DNA of 64,000 nucleotides from Candidatus Omnitrophota bacterium (GTDB taxonomy: Bacteria; Omnitrophota; Gorgyraeia; Duberdicusellales; 4484-171): positions 1 through 64,000 of the forward strand of contig JAIPGM010000004.1 in NCBI GenBank assembly GCA_021735655.1. Reading direction: 5' to 3'. The notes beneath the pieces are model-generated. The model saw nothing but the letters and a program-made list of their open reading frames with translations, had not been told where the DNA came from and did not search any database. Below are positions 1 to 10,971 of the stretch, piece after piece (the first letter of the stretch is position 1; each line of letters opens with the position of its first letter). The translations under genes and the position numbers were made by a program.

Positions 1-234
1 TCTCCTTTACGGGGTCAATTAAGCCCCAGAAAAACAATACAACCTATAACCTATCTACTCTGTGACTATCTATTTATTCTACTGATAATCCAGAGTTTTC
101 ACCAACTATCATTGAACAATTATCGTATCATCTCCTTTATTTTGACACCTAACTTATCATAAGATAACTGAATTAGCAAGGTTTTTTCGTCTAAACTAAG
201 ACAAAAAATACATAAACTACCTTTATCCAATGAG

Positions 235-1056
235 TTAAGAAAGGCGGCTAACGCCAAAAAGAAGCTGGGTGAGCTCTCGCGGATTAGCTAAATAATATTT
301 AGCCTTAGAGCTTTTAGATCTACCGATCCTTACCCCCAAATCAGGATCTTTAAGCAGTTTGAATACATCTTCATCGGTTAAGTCATCACCAAAAAATAAT
401 GTAAGATCGTTCTTTGCCTTTCTAAGCTTTTTATGAAAAAACTGAACGCTATCAGCCTTACTAAATGCTATATTTGGTCTTAGCTCTAAAACTTTTTTTC
501 CGGAACCAATTTTAAGAAGCTTGGCCTTTAAAAAGGGCTTACTGGTTTCTTTAAATATCTTAATAACTGTTCTCTGCTTGCTCAAAAGCACCTTGCGATA
601 ATGCACTGCCAGGATTGCCCCCTTATCCTCTATAACAACTCCACCGATATCATTTAAACTTTTAGCCAGCTGCGATTTTGCTTTTTTTATAACCGCTCTA
701 GATTTTATTTGCAGCTTAGGATTTAATAGTACCTTTTTCTTATACTCTATCTCCAAGCCATGCCCACCGGCATAAAAAATATCTTTTAAACCAACTCTTT
801 TTTTAACATCCCTAAGCGATCTTCCGCTAATTATGCCAACTACAAACCGTCGGTTTCCAGCCAGTTTTTTTAAGCTTTTTTTTGTCGAAAGAGGAACCCT
901 TGCTAAGTGAGGATTTCGAACTATCGGCGAAAGAGTTCCGTCGTAATCAAAAAAGATAAAAACTCTCTTTCTGCTCTTTAAAACTTTGCTTAAATATTCT
1001 TTGGTGAGTTTTATCACTCTTCTTGGGGGATTTCTGAAACTATTTGACCAATCCAT
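235..1056 (-). CDS. otsB: trehalose-6-phosphate phosphatase (HAD-IIB)
   Basis: N-terminal HAD motif FIFFDYDGTL. Length 273 aa. Overlaps and follows the otsA homolog, which suggests translational coupling. Confidence 0.75.
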   Translation of the reverse strand: MDWSNSFRNPPRRVIKLTKEYLSKVLKSRKRVFIFFDYDGTLSPIVRNPHLARVPLSTKKSLKKLAGNRRFVVGIISGRSLRDVKKRVGLKDIFYAGGHGLEIEYKKKVLLNPKLQIKSRAVIKKAKSQLAKSLNDIGGVVIEDKGAILAVHYRKVLLSKQRTVIKIFKETSKPFLKAKLLKIGSGKKVLELRPNIAFSKADSVQFFHKKLRKAKNDLTLFFGDDLTDEDVFKLLKDPDLGVRIGRSKSSKAKYYLANPRELTQLLFGVSRLS

Positions 1057-2486
1057 TTCCAGATATCGTTACGTTGAACAATCTGACGCAACTTTCTCAT
1101 TCTTTTCTTCCTTGCTAAATCATTAAGGGTAAGTGCCTTATAGATGGCTTCGCTGGTTTCTTCAGTATTATAAGGATTCACCAAAAAGGCTTCCCGGAGC
1201 TCGCGGCTGGCGCCGGTAAATCGACTTAAAACCAAAGCTCCTTTATCGTCGGCCTTGGCTGAAACAAACTCCTTAGCTACCAAGTTCATTCCGTCATGAA
1301 GTGAAGTAACAATGCAGGTGTCAGCTATTTTATAAAAAGCTACCACTTCTTCAAAATTAAGATGACGACGTAGAAAGACGATTGGTTTCCAGGAATTCTG
1401 AGAATGCTTAAAATTAACTTCTTCGACTAAAGCGTTGACCGTTTCATTAAGTTGTTTATATTGAGAAAGGTGAATTCGCGATATTTCTCCCATCTGGATA
1501 AAAACCATCTTTTCTTTTAACTCCGGATATTTATCTAACAACTTATCCACGGCCTGAATCCTTTCAACAATACCTTTGGTATAATCGATACGATCTAAAC
1601 CGACAACCACTTTATAATTTTTTAGCCCGAATTCTTCATAAAGAGACTTGGCTAATTCTTCAACTTTCGGGCTTTGGGCAGTTTTGTTGATACCGTCAAA
1701 ATCGACACTGATTGGGTAAGCGCGAACTAAAGATTTACGTCCTTTATACACCACTAATTGCCGCTCTTTATTGATCTTAGCTTCAATTTCATTAGCGACA
1801 GCATCGAAAAAATTATTACAAAAATAATTGATATGAAAACCGATCATATCGTAAGAGAGCAGTCCATCTAGCAACTCCTGTTTCTGAGGTAAAATTCTAA
1901 AAACATCATAAGTCGGCCAAGGAATATGCCAAAACATAAGAGTAATCGCCTCGGGATTTATTTCCTTTAAATACTTACTGACTAAAGCTAAATGATAATC
2001 CTGGACAAAGACGATCGCCTTTTTGCCTTTTATTTCTTTATTGATATTTTGAGCAAACTTTTTATTAACCTGTTTATAAATCTTCCAATGCTCATTACTA
2101 AAGTCAGGCTGGACAAAAACTAAATGCGAAAGCGGCCAAAGCCCCTGGTTAGAATATCCATAATAATACCCTAGGTTTTCTTCCTTGCTAAGCCAAATAT
2201 AGCGTAAATCATAAGAGGGGTTTTCCGGTGGTACTTTTACCTTAGCATTTTTAGCTACTAACTTGTCCCCATCGCCACTGCTACAGCAAACCCAGGTACC
2301 TTTCAATTCACGCATTATCGGGTCAAGGGCAGTAATTACTCCGCCTGGTCCACGGCTGCATTCAATTTTACCTCGAAATAATTTATGAACATAAGGCTGG
2401 CGATTAGACGCAACCACAAAAGAATAGTCAGAAAATCTTTTCTTTAATAGATCAAGAACTGTTTTTTTGCTCCAGGCTCTTAGCAT
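1014..2486 (-). CDS. otsA: alpha,alpha-trehalose-phosphate synthase (GT20)
   Basis: 490 aa. OtsA-like N-terminus (VVASNRQPY...GGVITALDP) and the DYHL motif (VQDYHLALV). Confidence 0.8.
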   Translation of the reverse strand: MLRAWSKKTVLDLLKKRFSDYSFVVASNRQPYVHKLFRGKIECSRGPGGVITALDPIMRELKGTWVCCSSGDGDKLVAKNAKVKVPPENPSYDLRYIWLSKEENLGYYYGYSNQGLWPLSHLVFVQPDFSNEHWKIYKQVNKKFAQNINKEIKGKKAIVFVQDYHLALVSKYLKEINPEAITLMFWHIPWPTYDVFRILPQKQELLDGLLSYDMIGFHINYFCNNFFDAVANEIEAKINKERQLVVYKGRKSLVRAYPISVDFDGINKTAQSPKVEELAKSLYEEFGLKNYKVVVGLDRIDYTKGIVERIQAVDKLLDKYPELKEKMVFIQMGEISRIHLSQYKQLNETVNALVEEVNFKHSQNSWKPIVFLRRHLNFEEVVAFYKIADTCIVTSLHDGMNLVAKEFVSAKADDKGALVLSRFTGASRELREAFLVNPYNTEETSEAIYKALTLNDLARKKRMRKLRQIVQRNDIWKWIGQIVSEIPQEE

Positions 2487-2514
2487 AATTTTTAAACTGT
2501 AAAAAAAAATATTT

Positions 2515-3741
2515 TTAAGCTTTAGCTAAAGTTTTTTGATAAACTGCTAAAGTATTTTTAGCAACGTCTTCTTTGGTGTATTGTGACTCAACAATTTGCC
2601 GTCCAGTATAGCCAAAACGATGAGCTAACTTTTTATCTTCAAGCAACTGGCAAGCTTTTGCGGCCAAAGCTTCAAAATCCTTCATTTTAACAATGAACCC
2701 ATTTATTCCATCTTTAATGATTTCTGGCATACCACCCATGTCAGTAACTATTATCGGTTTAGCCATTGACATTGCTTCAAGCATGGTAAGGCCAAAAGGC
2801 TCACAAGCGGTCGAAGGGTAAAAACAAAGCGTACTTAATTCATAAAGTTCTTTAACCTCATCTAAAGTGTACATATTAATCAATATGTTTTTCTCCATTT
2901 TGAAATGCTTCACTAAATCTACCAAGTAAGCAATGTCTTTCTCTTGAGTCCCGCCCCAATCAATAATATTTTTTGAACCAGCTAAGACCAAAATCACGTT
3001 CGGGTCTTTTTGTCGAACGATATTCACAGCCTTAATACTAGTATCACAACCTTTAGCTAGGCCAATTCTCGCCGGATGAAATATAATATTTTTTCCTTTT
3101 AGCTGCGGATAAGTTTTTAATATTTTTTTTGTACTGCCCCCCGGCTTAAACCTATCCTGATCAACCCCGTGATGAATAGTAGTAATCTCAACATCGTCAA
3201 CACCAATACCAATCATTTCTTTTTTTATAAAATGGCTTACTGCAATAATATGTGACCAATTTGTCTTGTGGGTTAACTCTAAATAAAGGATGTCGTCCCA
3301 AACGTTATGGGCGGTAAGAATTAACGGGATACCTCTTTTTTGACACATTTTCTCAAGGGTCTTAATATGTATCTTGCTAAAATAATGCATATTGTGGACA
3401 TGGACAACATCAGGTTTGTTTTTCTCTAAAAAATTAAAAAACAGCTCTTCGATTTCATCTTCAAGGCCAGATAAGCCACGCTTAAACAACCAGTTTAAAT
3501 CCATCAGCGGGGTCCGAAAAATACTAACCCCTTCATAGTCCTGTTCGCCGCTTAAACCACTAACTGAACAAGTCAAAAGACTCACCCGATGGCCCATTTT
3601 TACTAATTCCGGAAGCAATATGGTCAGATGAGTTTCAACTCCCCCAATTATCGGAGGAAACCCCCAATGAAAATGAGAAATATTAAGCTTCTTTTTATTC
3701 ATACTAATAGTAATCCTCCTTTTTAAACCCATTAGGCCCAC
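2515..3741 (-). CDS. GT4 family retaining glycosyltransferase (possibly TreT-like trehalose glycosyltransferring synthase)
   Basis: GGVETH N-terminal motif and the C-terminal EPFGLTMLEAMSMAKPIIVTD (GT4 E-X7-E region). The likely true start is the internal MNKKK at about 3702, which gives a 4-nt overlap with the GH65 stop. Confidence 0.6.
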   Translation of the reverse strand: MGLMGLKRRITISMNKKKLNISHFHWGFPPIIGGVETHLTILLPELVKMGHRVSLLTCSVSGLSGEQDYEGVSIFRTPLMDLNWLFKRGLSGLEDEIEELFFNFLEKNKPDVVHVHNMHYFSKIHIKTLEKMCQKRGIPLILTAHNVWDDILYLELTHKTNWSHIIAVSHFIKKEMIGIGVDDVEITTIHHGVDQDRFKPGGSTKKILKTYPQLKGKNIIFHPARIGLAKGCDTSIKAVNIVRQKDPNVILVLAGSKNIIDWGGTQEKDIAYLVDLVKHFKMEKNILINMYTLDEVKELYELSTLCFYPSTACEPFGLTMLEAMSMAKPIIVTDMGGMPEIIKDGINGFIVKMKDFEALAAKACQLLEDKKLAHRFGYTGRQIVESQYTKEDVAKNTLAVYQKTLAKA

Positions 3742-6058
3742 TTTTGAAATTATGGGTCATGTTAGTTTTAACATTAATTAATTTACCAAAAATAACAATT
3801 TTAACTTGCTTATGCTTTGAAGAATTTATCTTTAATTTAACTAAAGAATTAGTTACTTCAAGTTGTAAATTATCTCCTTTCCAGCTTAAACTAAAAACTA
3901 ACTTTCGCCAAGAATGTGGCATCCGAGGACTAATCGACAGCTCTTCCTTTTTAATTTTAATCCCAGCAAAACCAAAAACCAAAGCTTGCCAGGTTCCGCC
4001 TAAAGAAGCAGCATGCATTCCTTCGGGAGTATTCCCATAAAGATTACTGATATCCGTACGCAAAGAAACATTAAAAAGATTGTAGGCGCGATGAAGATCA
4101 CCAACCTCACAAGCAATCAAAGCGTGCATCGGAGCACTTAAGGATGACTTATGCACTGTTCGCGAAATATAAAAATCATAATTCGCCTCCTTAGTAGCTG
4201 GGCTAAAAACATCATCAAGCAAAACCATCAACATTAAAACATCCGCCTGCTTAATGATCTGAGTTTTGCTTAAATTCTTGGCTTTAATTGTAGCTGGAAT
4301 TAACAAAATTCCATTTTCGTCAGCTCGATTAAGAGCAACTTTCTTAAGACCAAAATAACCATCAAATTGCTCAATAATTTTTTTCTTATTGAATCTTATA
4401 GTTATTTGTGAAGCAATTTTTTTCCACTGACGTATCTCCTTATCATTAATCCCAAGCTTTTTTATTAATTTTTCATAAAAACCGGATCTTGTTTTTAGGC
4501 TAGTCAACAATTTAGCTGCTGTAATTAGATTCCATTTAGCAATCATATTAGTAAAAGCATTATTATTAACATCTACATGAAATTCATCTGGGCCAATCAC
4601 ATGACAAATATCACATTTTTTATTTTTGCTGTTATAGGTTACCCGAGAAGCCCAAAAGCGAGCGCTCTCAGCAATAATTTCATAGCCATAACTATCCATG
4701 AACGACTCATCTTTAGTGGCCACATAGTATTTATAGGTTGCGTAAGCTATGTCGGCAGTAATATGGTGTTCCATCTTGTGGGTATGTATTTTAATAATTG
4801 TACGGTCGAAATCATGGGCCCACTCCGGAGTCTCCTCCTGGCCGGTATCGGCTGACTCCCAAGCAAACTGAGCACCGCGATACCCATTCTGCTTAGCGAT
4901 CTCTCGAGAAGCATTTAGGCGCTTGTAGCGATAAATTAACATGTTCTTGGCTATATTAGGAAAAGTGAAAAGATAGAAAGGAAGAAGAAAAATCTCAGCA
5001 TCCCAAAAAATATGCCCTCGATAGCCTTCGCCGCTTAAAGTTCTAGCACCTATGCTTGATAAGCCATTGTCGCTGTGCGCACAAATAAGCATATGGTAAA
5101 TATTAAACCGCATATTTTGTTGAAGGTTGGCTGTTCCCTCAATAATAACGTCAGCCTTCCTCCAAAGCTTATCCCAAGCAAAGATATGATTTTTGAGCAG
5201 ACTGGAAAAATCACTATTAAAAGCCTTATCGAATATACCAAAAGTATTTTTCTTTTGAACCAGATAACTGCTTTTGTAAGGAAAATGTTTAATACAAAAA
5301 ACCTTAGTAAAAACTACCGTTTGGCCTTTTTTAAGCTTAAGGCGAAAAACATTATCCTCAGCTACTATTTTTTTTCCGTCAATTGTATAGTAAAATCCGG
5401 CCCAATAAACAATAGTATACTTTTTATCAAAAGTTTCAGCGACCAAATACCCAGCCCGGCGATGCTGACCCAATTCTTTAACTCGAAAATGTTTTTTCCT
5501 GCCTTCGCTTAAAACTCCGGCATTAGAAACTGAGGTATCGATTCCCGTATTAACATCAACCGTGCAAGCCGAATCGAGCGGGGTAAGCACTGTCTGCATA
5601 ACACCGATATTTTTGTTATGCTGAGAAAGAAACCGTAAAGATTGATATTCATAGCGGTTTTTTTTAACGTCTTGATATAAGGTATTTCTGACTAAAAGGG
5701 CCTTTTTCATATTCAAGGTACGCCGATGTCTAACAACATCCATGGCAACAGCATCGATTTTTTCACCTTCAACCGAAAATTTAAAATTAATCGGATTCGG
5801 TAAATTAACCATCTCGCTTACTTGAGCGGCCATCTTATCGTAAAGCCCAGCGATAAAAGTTGCTGGCGAAGAATCATAAGGAATTTCTTCATAGATTCCT
5901 CGTGAACCTAAATAACCATTGCCTAAAGCAAACTGCGCCTCACGGATATTCTGAATATCTTTGGAAAATTCAGTTTCTTTAATTAACCAAAGGTCATCAG
6001 CTGTGTAAGTAGAATAAATATTTTTCATAATCAGTATTTTAAGAAAATAACCCTTCAA
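3704..6058 (-). CDS. GH65 family glycoside phosphorylase (trehalose/kojibiose/maltose phosphorylase-like)
   Basis: 784 aa with FALGNGYLGSRG near the N-terminus and GHIFWDAEIF in the catalytic region, both typical of GH65. Followed by a beta-phosphoglucomutase, the classic GH65 partner. Confidence 0.85.
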   Translation of the reverse strand: MKGYFLKILIMKNIYSTYTADDLWLIKETEFSKDIQNIREAQFALGNGYLGSRGIYEEIPYDSSPATFIAGLYDKMAAQVSEMVNLPNPINFKFSVEGEKIDAVAMDVVRHRRTLNMKKALLVRNTLYQDVKKNRYEYQSLRFLSQHNKNIGVMQTVLTPLDSACTVDVNTGIDTSVSNAGVLSEGRKKHFRVKELGQHRRAGYLVAETFDKKYTIVYWAGFYYTIDGKKIVAEDNVFRLKLKKGQTVVFTKVFCIKHFPYKSSYLVQKKNTFGIFDKAFNSDFSSLLKNHIFAWDKLWRKADVIIEGTANLQQNMRFNIYHMLICAHSDNGLSSIGARTLSGEGYRGHIFWDAEIFLLPFYLFTFPNIAKNMLIYRYKRLNASREIAKQNGYRGAQFAWESADTGQEETPEWAHDFDRTIIKIHTHKMEHHITADIAYATYKYYVATKDESFMDSYGYEIIAESARFWASRVTYNSKNKKCDICHVIGPDEFHVDVNNNAFTNMIAKWNLITAAKLLTSLKTRSGFYEKLIKKLGINDKEIRQWKKIASQITIRFNKKKIIEQFDGYFGLKKVALNRADENGILLIPATIKAKNLSKTQIIKQADVLMLMVLLDDVFSPATKEANYDFYISRTVHKSSLSAPMHALIACEVGDLHRAYNLFNVSLRTDISNLYGNTPEGMHAASLGGTWQALVFGFAGIKIKKEELSISPRMPHSWRKLVFSLSWKGDNLQLEVTNSLVKLKINSSKHKQVKIVIFGKLINVKTNMTHNFKSGPNGFKKEDYY

Positions 6059-6689
6059 GCTTTTGAAAGTTAAGCTCTGAAAGGTCAGAACAAACTATAT
6101 CTGCTTTTGAAAGGCGCTCCGGTTTTTGATAACGATCAATCCCTATCGATTTCATCTTAGCTCGATTTGCCGCCTCAATACCTAAAACAGCATCTTCAAA
6201 TACAAGGCAAACATCAGAAGTCAAATTTAGTTTTTCGGCAGCTAAAAGAAATACATCCGGCTCTGGTTTCCCTTTTTTAACATCATTACCAGTAAGAATA
6301 ACATCAAACAAACTATCAACGCCGACTCGCTTTAAAATAAAAAGACAGTTTTTGCTCGAAGAAATCACCGCTACTTTTATATTTTGGGCTTTTAGCTCCT
6401 TTACCAAATCTATAGTACTCTGATAGACCTCTACGCCGTCTCTCTCTAAAAATTCAAGAAAATAAATCTGTTTTCGAGCTGCCGCGACCATAAGTTCCTG
6501 ATCAGATAGATCGGTAAGAACTGCCCGGGCACCGCTAATTCTTGGAATGCCATCTACCTTTTGCTTATAATCTTCAAAGCTAAACTCCTTACCGTATTCA
6601 GAAAACATCTTTTGCCAAGCTTTAAAATGCAAAGACACCGTATGAACAATAACCCCGTCTAAGTCAAAAATTGCCCCCTTAAAGCCCAT
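6039..6689 (-). CDS. pgmB: beta-phosphoglucomutase (HAD superfamily)
   Basis: FDLDGVIV HAD motif I. Length 216 aa. Sits immediately downstream of the GH65 phosphorylase. Confidence 0.75.
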   Translation of the reverse strand: MGFKGAIFDLDGVIVHTVSLHFKAWQKMFSEYGKEFSFEDYKQKVDGIPRISGARAVLTDLSDQELMVAAARKQIYFLEFLERDGVEVYQSTIDLVKELKAQNIKVAVISSSKNCLFILKRVGVDSLFDVILTGNDVKKGKPEPDVFLLAAEKLNLTSDVCLVFEDAVLGIEAANRAKMKSIGIDRYQKPERLSKADIVCSDLSELNFQKLEGLFS

Positions 6690-7332
6690 TGATTTTCCTT
6701 TCTTCTCCGTAAGTATAATTAATAATCTTACTTTTACTTAAATCTAAATTAGGAACAATAATTATAGCTTTATCCTGAGCTAGAAATTTTGACCTTCGGA
6801 CACCAATTTCAAGAACTTCAGCCACTTCGCCAGAAGGGATCTTAATTGAATCGCCAATCCGAAAAGGTTGATCAATCATAATCATGAACCCAGAAATAAT
6901 ATTAGCTATTGTATCCTGAGCGGCTAAAGCAATCGCTAAAGAACCCACGCCTAAAGTAGTGATAAGGGCGCTTATATTAATACCATAAAGTGGCAAAATT
7001 ATTAAAAGAGCAATAATCCAAGTGATTATTTTAAGCACTCTGCGGGCAAGCGGAATTAACTCATCATCAAGACGAGTTTTAGTTTTAGCGGCTACGTTTT
7101 CTTTGTACCATTCGGTTATTGCCCCGATCACTCTCTGAACAATAAAGCCTATAATCAGAATTAGTACAGTGGCTGAGTACTTCTTTAAACTATTATGTAA
7201 GTCCAATGAGATATAACTCGAAATTTTTAGCCGATAGAAAATATAACTGCCGAGAAAACAACCAAAAAGACAAACCGGAAAAAATATCTTTTTAACTATT
7301 TCCCAACTAACTTTTTTTGATATATTGTTCAT
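6679..7332 (-). CDS. small-conductance mechanosensitive channel (MscS family)
   Basis: Three N-terminal TM helices plus an MscS beta-domain signature (PFRIGDSIKI...IIIVPN). Length 217 aa. Confidence 0.65.
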   Translation of the reverse strand: MNNISKKVSWEIVKKIFFPVCLFGCFLGSYIFYRLKISSYISLDLHNSLKKYSATVLILIIGFIVQRVIGAITEWYKENVAAKTKTRLDDELIPLARRVLKIITWIIALLIILPLYGINISALITTLGVGSLAIALAAQDTIANIISGFMIMIDQPFRIGDSIKIPSGEVAEVLEIGVRRSKFLAQDKAIIIVPNLDLSKSKIINYTYGEERKINGL

Positions 7333-7462
7333 AACCGGCCACCTTCAATCTGCAAAAAAATAGCCAAAATTAGACTCTTTTGACTAACTATTGAAGCATC
7401 AGTTTTTTATTATAGCATAAAGGAGGCTTTGAGAAAGATAAATTTTATAAGGCTATAGGGGC

Positions 7463-7825
7463 TTATTTGGGTAGCTTAAGGATAATAAAACCTATTAAAA
7501 TATAAGCTATGCCCCCGACCCTAAATAAAATTAGCGGCTGGTTTGAGGACCATTCGATTAACTTATCAGCAGCTTTGCTTTTTAGAATAAAAAAGGCTTT
7601 AAAAACTCCGATGATTCCGATTAGAGCGATCAACTTAGGAATGAGCCCAAAGGCTTTAAAAGAAACTGAAATTAAACTCGAGGCCAAAAAAAGGGTTATA
7701 AAAAATAAAACTCTTTTAATTTTTTTGAAACTCTTTTTACGCAGTCTTTTCTGAAGTAGCTGCGGCCAAATAAAAAACAAAATTCCCAAAATGATCCAAA
7801 GCCAAGCGATAAAATTTAAAATCAT
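7463..7825 (-). CDS. hypothetical small membrane protein (3-4 TM)
   Basis: Hydrophobic 120 aa ORF with codon usage consistent with its neighbours. No recognisable motif. Confidence 0.35.
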   Translation of the reverse strand: MILNFIAWLWIILGILFFIWPQLLQKRLRKKSFKKIKRVLFFITLFLASSLISVSFKAFGLIPKLIALIGIIGVFKAFFILKSKAADKLIEWSSNQPLILFRVGGIAYILIGFIILKLPK

Positions 7826-7852
7826 AAATTTATTATACCATAGAAAGGTATT

Positions 7853-9949
7853 CTATTTCTTATCTTTTTTTTGCCTCTCTTCTAATATCTTCTCAGATAT
7901 AGATGAAGGGACCTCAACATACTTTTCAAAATGCATAGTATAGTTGCCGCGACCACTGCTTAGAGAACGTAAAGCAGTTGCATAGCCAAACATCTCGGCT
8001 AAAGGAGCCTCGGCTGAAATAATCTGTTGATTGGCCTTAGTCTCGATACCTAAAACTTTACCACGACGTGAACAGATATTCCCGACAACATTACCAACAA
8101 ACTCTTCAGGCGTAGTCACCTCAAGCGACATGCACGGCTCAAGCAATACTGGAGCGCCCTTTAAAAAACCCTTCTTAAAACACTGAGCTGCCGCCAATTT
8201 AAAAGCTAACTCTGAAGAATCAACATCGTGATATGAACCATCAATGAGGTTCACCTTAACGTCAACTACCGGATATCCAGCATAAGCCCCTTTCTGCATC
8301 GCACCGATTACACCTTTCTCTACTGCTGGTATATACTCCTTAGGGATTCTACCGCCAACAACGCTATTCTTAAACTCAAAGCCTTCTCCGGGAGCAGTTG
8401 GGATGATCTCCATCTCAACATGTCCATATTGACCACGGCCGCCAGTCTGCTTTTGATGTTTATATTCTTGAGTAACTTTAGTTAAAATTGTCTCCCGGTA
8501 AGCTACCTTAGGTTGGCCAACTATCGCCTGTACACTAAATTCATGTTTTAAGCGATCAACTATAACCTCTAAATGTAGTTCTCCCATTCCTGAAATAATG
8601 GTCTCATCAGTCTCTTTATCGCTATGCACAGTAAAAGTGGGGTCTTCTTCAGCTAGCTTTAATAAAGCCTTGCCGATTTTATCTTGATCATCACGGCTCT
8701 CAGGCTTAACACTAATTGACATAACCGGAGCCGGGAATTCTATAGCCTCAAGCAAGAGGGGATGATCAGGATCGCAAAGTGTATCGCCGGTTACCGTATG
8801 ATCAAAACCAATTGCGGCAGCAATATCACCGGCATAAATCGTTGATCTATTCTCGCGTTGGTTAGCATGCATCTGTAAAATTCTTCCTACTCGTTCTTTA
8901 CGTTCCTTGGTAACATTAAGAACATAGCTTCCTGCATCCAGCTTGCCGGAATAAACTCTAAAATAAACTAACTTACCCATATGTGGATCAGCCTGAACCT
9001 TAAAAGCAAGCGCTGAGAAAGGTTCATCGTCTTTAGGGTGCCTTTCGATAATCTTATCGGCATTTCCCGGTTCATGTCCCTTAATGGTTGGCTGGTCACT
9101 GGGAGCCGGCAAATAAAGTATTACTGCATCAAGTAATTTCTGAACACCTTTATTGCGAAATGCCGAACCACAAAGGACTGGAACGATTTGATTAGCAATA
9201 GTTCCCTTTCTTATAGCTGGAATCAATTCATCAGCACTTATTTTATCTTCAGATTCAAGATACTTCTCCATCAGCGAATCTTCCAACTCAACAGCTTTTT
9301 CAACCATAATATGGTGATACTTTTTAGCCAACTCAGAAAGTTCCTGAGGTATATCTTCAATATGAAAGTTTTTTCCTAAAGAATCATTATCATAAATATA
9401 GGCCTTCATCTCCATGAGATCGATTATGCCGCGAAAATTATCTTCAGCCCCAATCGGAATTTGCAAAGGAATTACATTGGCTCCTAAATCAAACTCGATG
9501 CTCTTTAATACTTCAAAAAAGTCAGCTCCAACCCGATCCATCTTATTAACAAAAGCTATTTTAGGAACACTATATTTATCTGACTGTCGCCAGACCGTCT
9601 CTGACTGTGGCTCAACTCCACCAACAGCACAAAATAAAGCAACCGCGCCATCGAGAACACGCAATGACCTTTCGACCTCCACCGTAAAATCAACGTGACC
9701 AGGAGTATCAATAATATTTATTCGATGCTCCTTCCAAAAACAGGTTGTAGCCGCTGAAGTTATAGTTATTCCCCGCTCTTGCTCCTGCTTCATCCAGTCC
9801 ATCTGGGCTGCTCCGTCATGAACCTCACCAATCTTGTGCGACCGTCCAGTATAAAAAAGAGTTCTTTCGGTAAGCGTAGTCTTCCCAGCATCAATATGAG
9901 CCATAATCCCAATATTTCTTACTTTTTTTAGTTCAACTTGTCGAGCCAT
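7853..9949 (-). CDS. fusA: translation elongation factor G
   Basis: 698 aa. G1 motif AHIDAGKTT, then DTPGHVDF and NKMDR GTPase motifs. Full EF-G domain architecture. Confidence 0.95.
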   Translation of the reverse strand: MARQVELKKVRNIGIMAHIDAGKTTLTERTLFYTGRSHKIGEVHDGAAQMDWMKQEQERGITITSAATTCFWKEHRINIIDTPGHVDFTVEVERSLRVLDGAVALFCAVGGVEPQSETVWRQSDKYSVPKIAFVNKMDRVGADFFEVLKSIEFDLGANVIPLQIPIGAEDNFRGIIDLMEMKAYIYDNDSLGKNFHIEDIPQELSELAKKYHHIMVEKAVELEDSLMEKYLESEDKISADELIPAIRKGTIANQIVPVLCGSAFRNKGVQKLLDAVILYLPAPSDQPTIKGHEPGNADKIIERHPKDDEPFSALAFKVQADPHMGKLVYFRVYSGKLDAGSYVLNVTKERKERVGRILQMHANQRENRSTIYAGDIAAAIGFDHTVTGDTLCDPDHPLLLEAIEFPAPVMSISVKPESRDDQDKIGKALLKLAEEDPTFTVHSDKETDETIISGMGELHLEVIVDRLKHEFSVQAIVGQPKVAYRETILTKVTQEYKHQKQTGGRGQYGHVEMEIIPTAPGEGFEFKNSVVGGRIPKEYIPAVEKGVIGAMQKGAYAGYPVVDVKVNLIDGSYHDVDSSELAFKLAAAQCFKKGFLKGAPVLLEPCMSLEVTTPEEFVGNVVGNICSRRGKVLGIETKANQQIISAEAPLAEMFGYATALRSLSSGRGNYTMHFEKYVEVPSSISEKILEERQKKDKK

Positions 9950-10104
9950 CTTTCACCTCACAAAATCCTTTATTTTATTACCTTTTTAGCTTCTACCTTA
10001 ACAAATTAAAAAGACCCGTTATTATAACCAACCATCTAGAGAAATCAACCTTTTTTTAGCCTATTGACTAAATAGGTCATTTATTAGAATATAGAAATAA
10101 CACC

Positions 10105-10971
10105 ATGAATTTAATTACTCCTTTTGACCCTTGGCAAAGCAAACTTTGCACCTGTCCAACTAAATATAGCTTATCAGCCTATACGGGTTGCTCACATGGT
10201 TGTCTCTACTGTTATGCCTCATCATATATAAGAAAGTTTGACTCACCACGGCCTAAAAAAGACTTTTTAAAAAAGCTTGAAACCGAAGTTAAAAAAATTA
10301 CTCCTGGATCAACTATAACTATCGCTAATTCCTCTGACCCCTATCAATCTTTAGAAAAAAAATTACAGCTAACCAGGAAAACTTTAGAAATATTAAAAAA
10401 CTACGATTTAAAAATAAACCTAGTTACAAAGTCGTCATTGATTTTACGCGATATAAAAATATTAGAAGCTATTAATCGTAAACAAAGGATTGTTGCTTGC
10501 ATTTCTTTAACTACTCCTAATGAAAAGTTGGCTAAGAAACTTGAACCAGGAGCCTCAACAGTAAAGGAACGCTTAAAAACAATTAAACTGCTCGCTAAAA
10601 AAATTCCAATAGCTGTGCGACTAGACCCTTTAATCTATCCCTTAACTACAGAGAAAATTGAGGATATGATAAAAAATTTAAAAACTGTCGGAGCAAAACA
10701 AATTATTACCTCAACTTACAAAACCAAGCCAGACAATTTTAAAAAAATGATCGCTGGTTTTAACCAATTTAAAAAACTCTGGGAAGAACTTTACTTAAAA
10801 CAAGGTCAACGAAAAAATCAGTATATTTACCTGCCCTTTAAAATTAGAAAAGAGTTAATAGAAAAAGTGCGCAATGTTACCTTGAGTTATGGTTTGAAAT
10901 TTTCCAGCTGCCGGGAAGGGTTTGAGGAATTAAATACTTCTGGTTGCGACGGGTCTTCCTTTCTAGAGTAA
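10105..10971 (+). CDS. radical SAM protein, SplB-like (COG1533 DNA repair photolyase family)
   Basis: YTGCSHGCLYCYA, i.e. a CxxxCxxC cluster motif in the context typical of SplB-like enzymes. Length 288 aa. Confidence 0.65.
   Translation: MNLITPFDPWQSKLCTCPTKYSLSAYTGCSHGCLYCYASSYIRKFDSPRPKKDFLKKLETEVKKITPGSTITIANSSDPYQSLEKKLQLTRKTLEILKNYDLKINLVTKSSLILRDIKILEAINRKQRIVACISLTTPNEKLAKKLEPGASTVKERLKTIKLLAKKIPIAVRLDPLIYPLTTEKIEDMIKNLKTVGAKQIITSTYKTKPDNFKKMIAGFNQFKKLWEELYLKQGQRKNQYIYLPFKIRKELIEKVRNVTLSYGLKFSSCREGFEELNTSGCDGSSFLE

Noticed and set aside
240-262. GC-rich hairpin (GGCGGCTAACGCC) near the otsB stop
   Set aside because: It lies inside the otsB coding sequence on the coding strand and lacks a following U-tract. 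Not a terminator.
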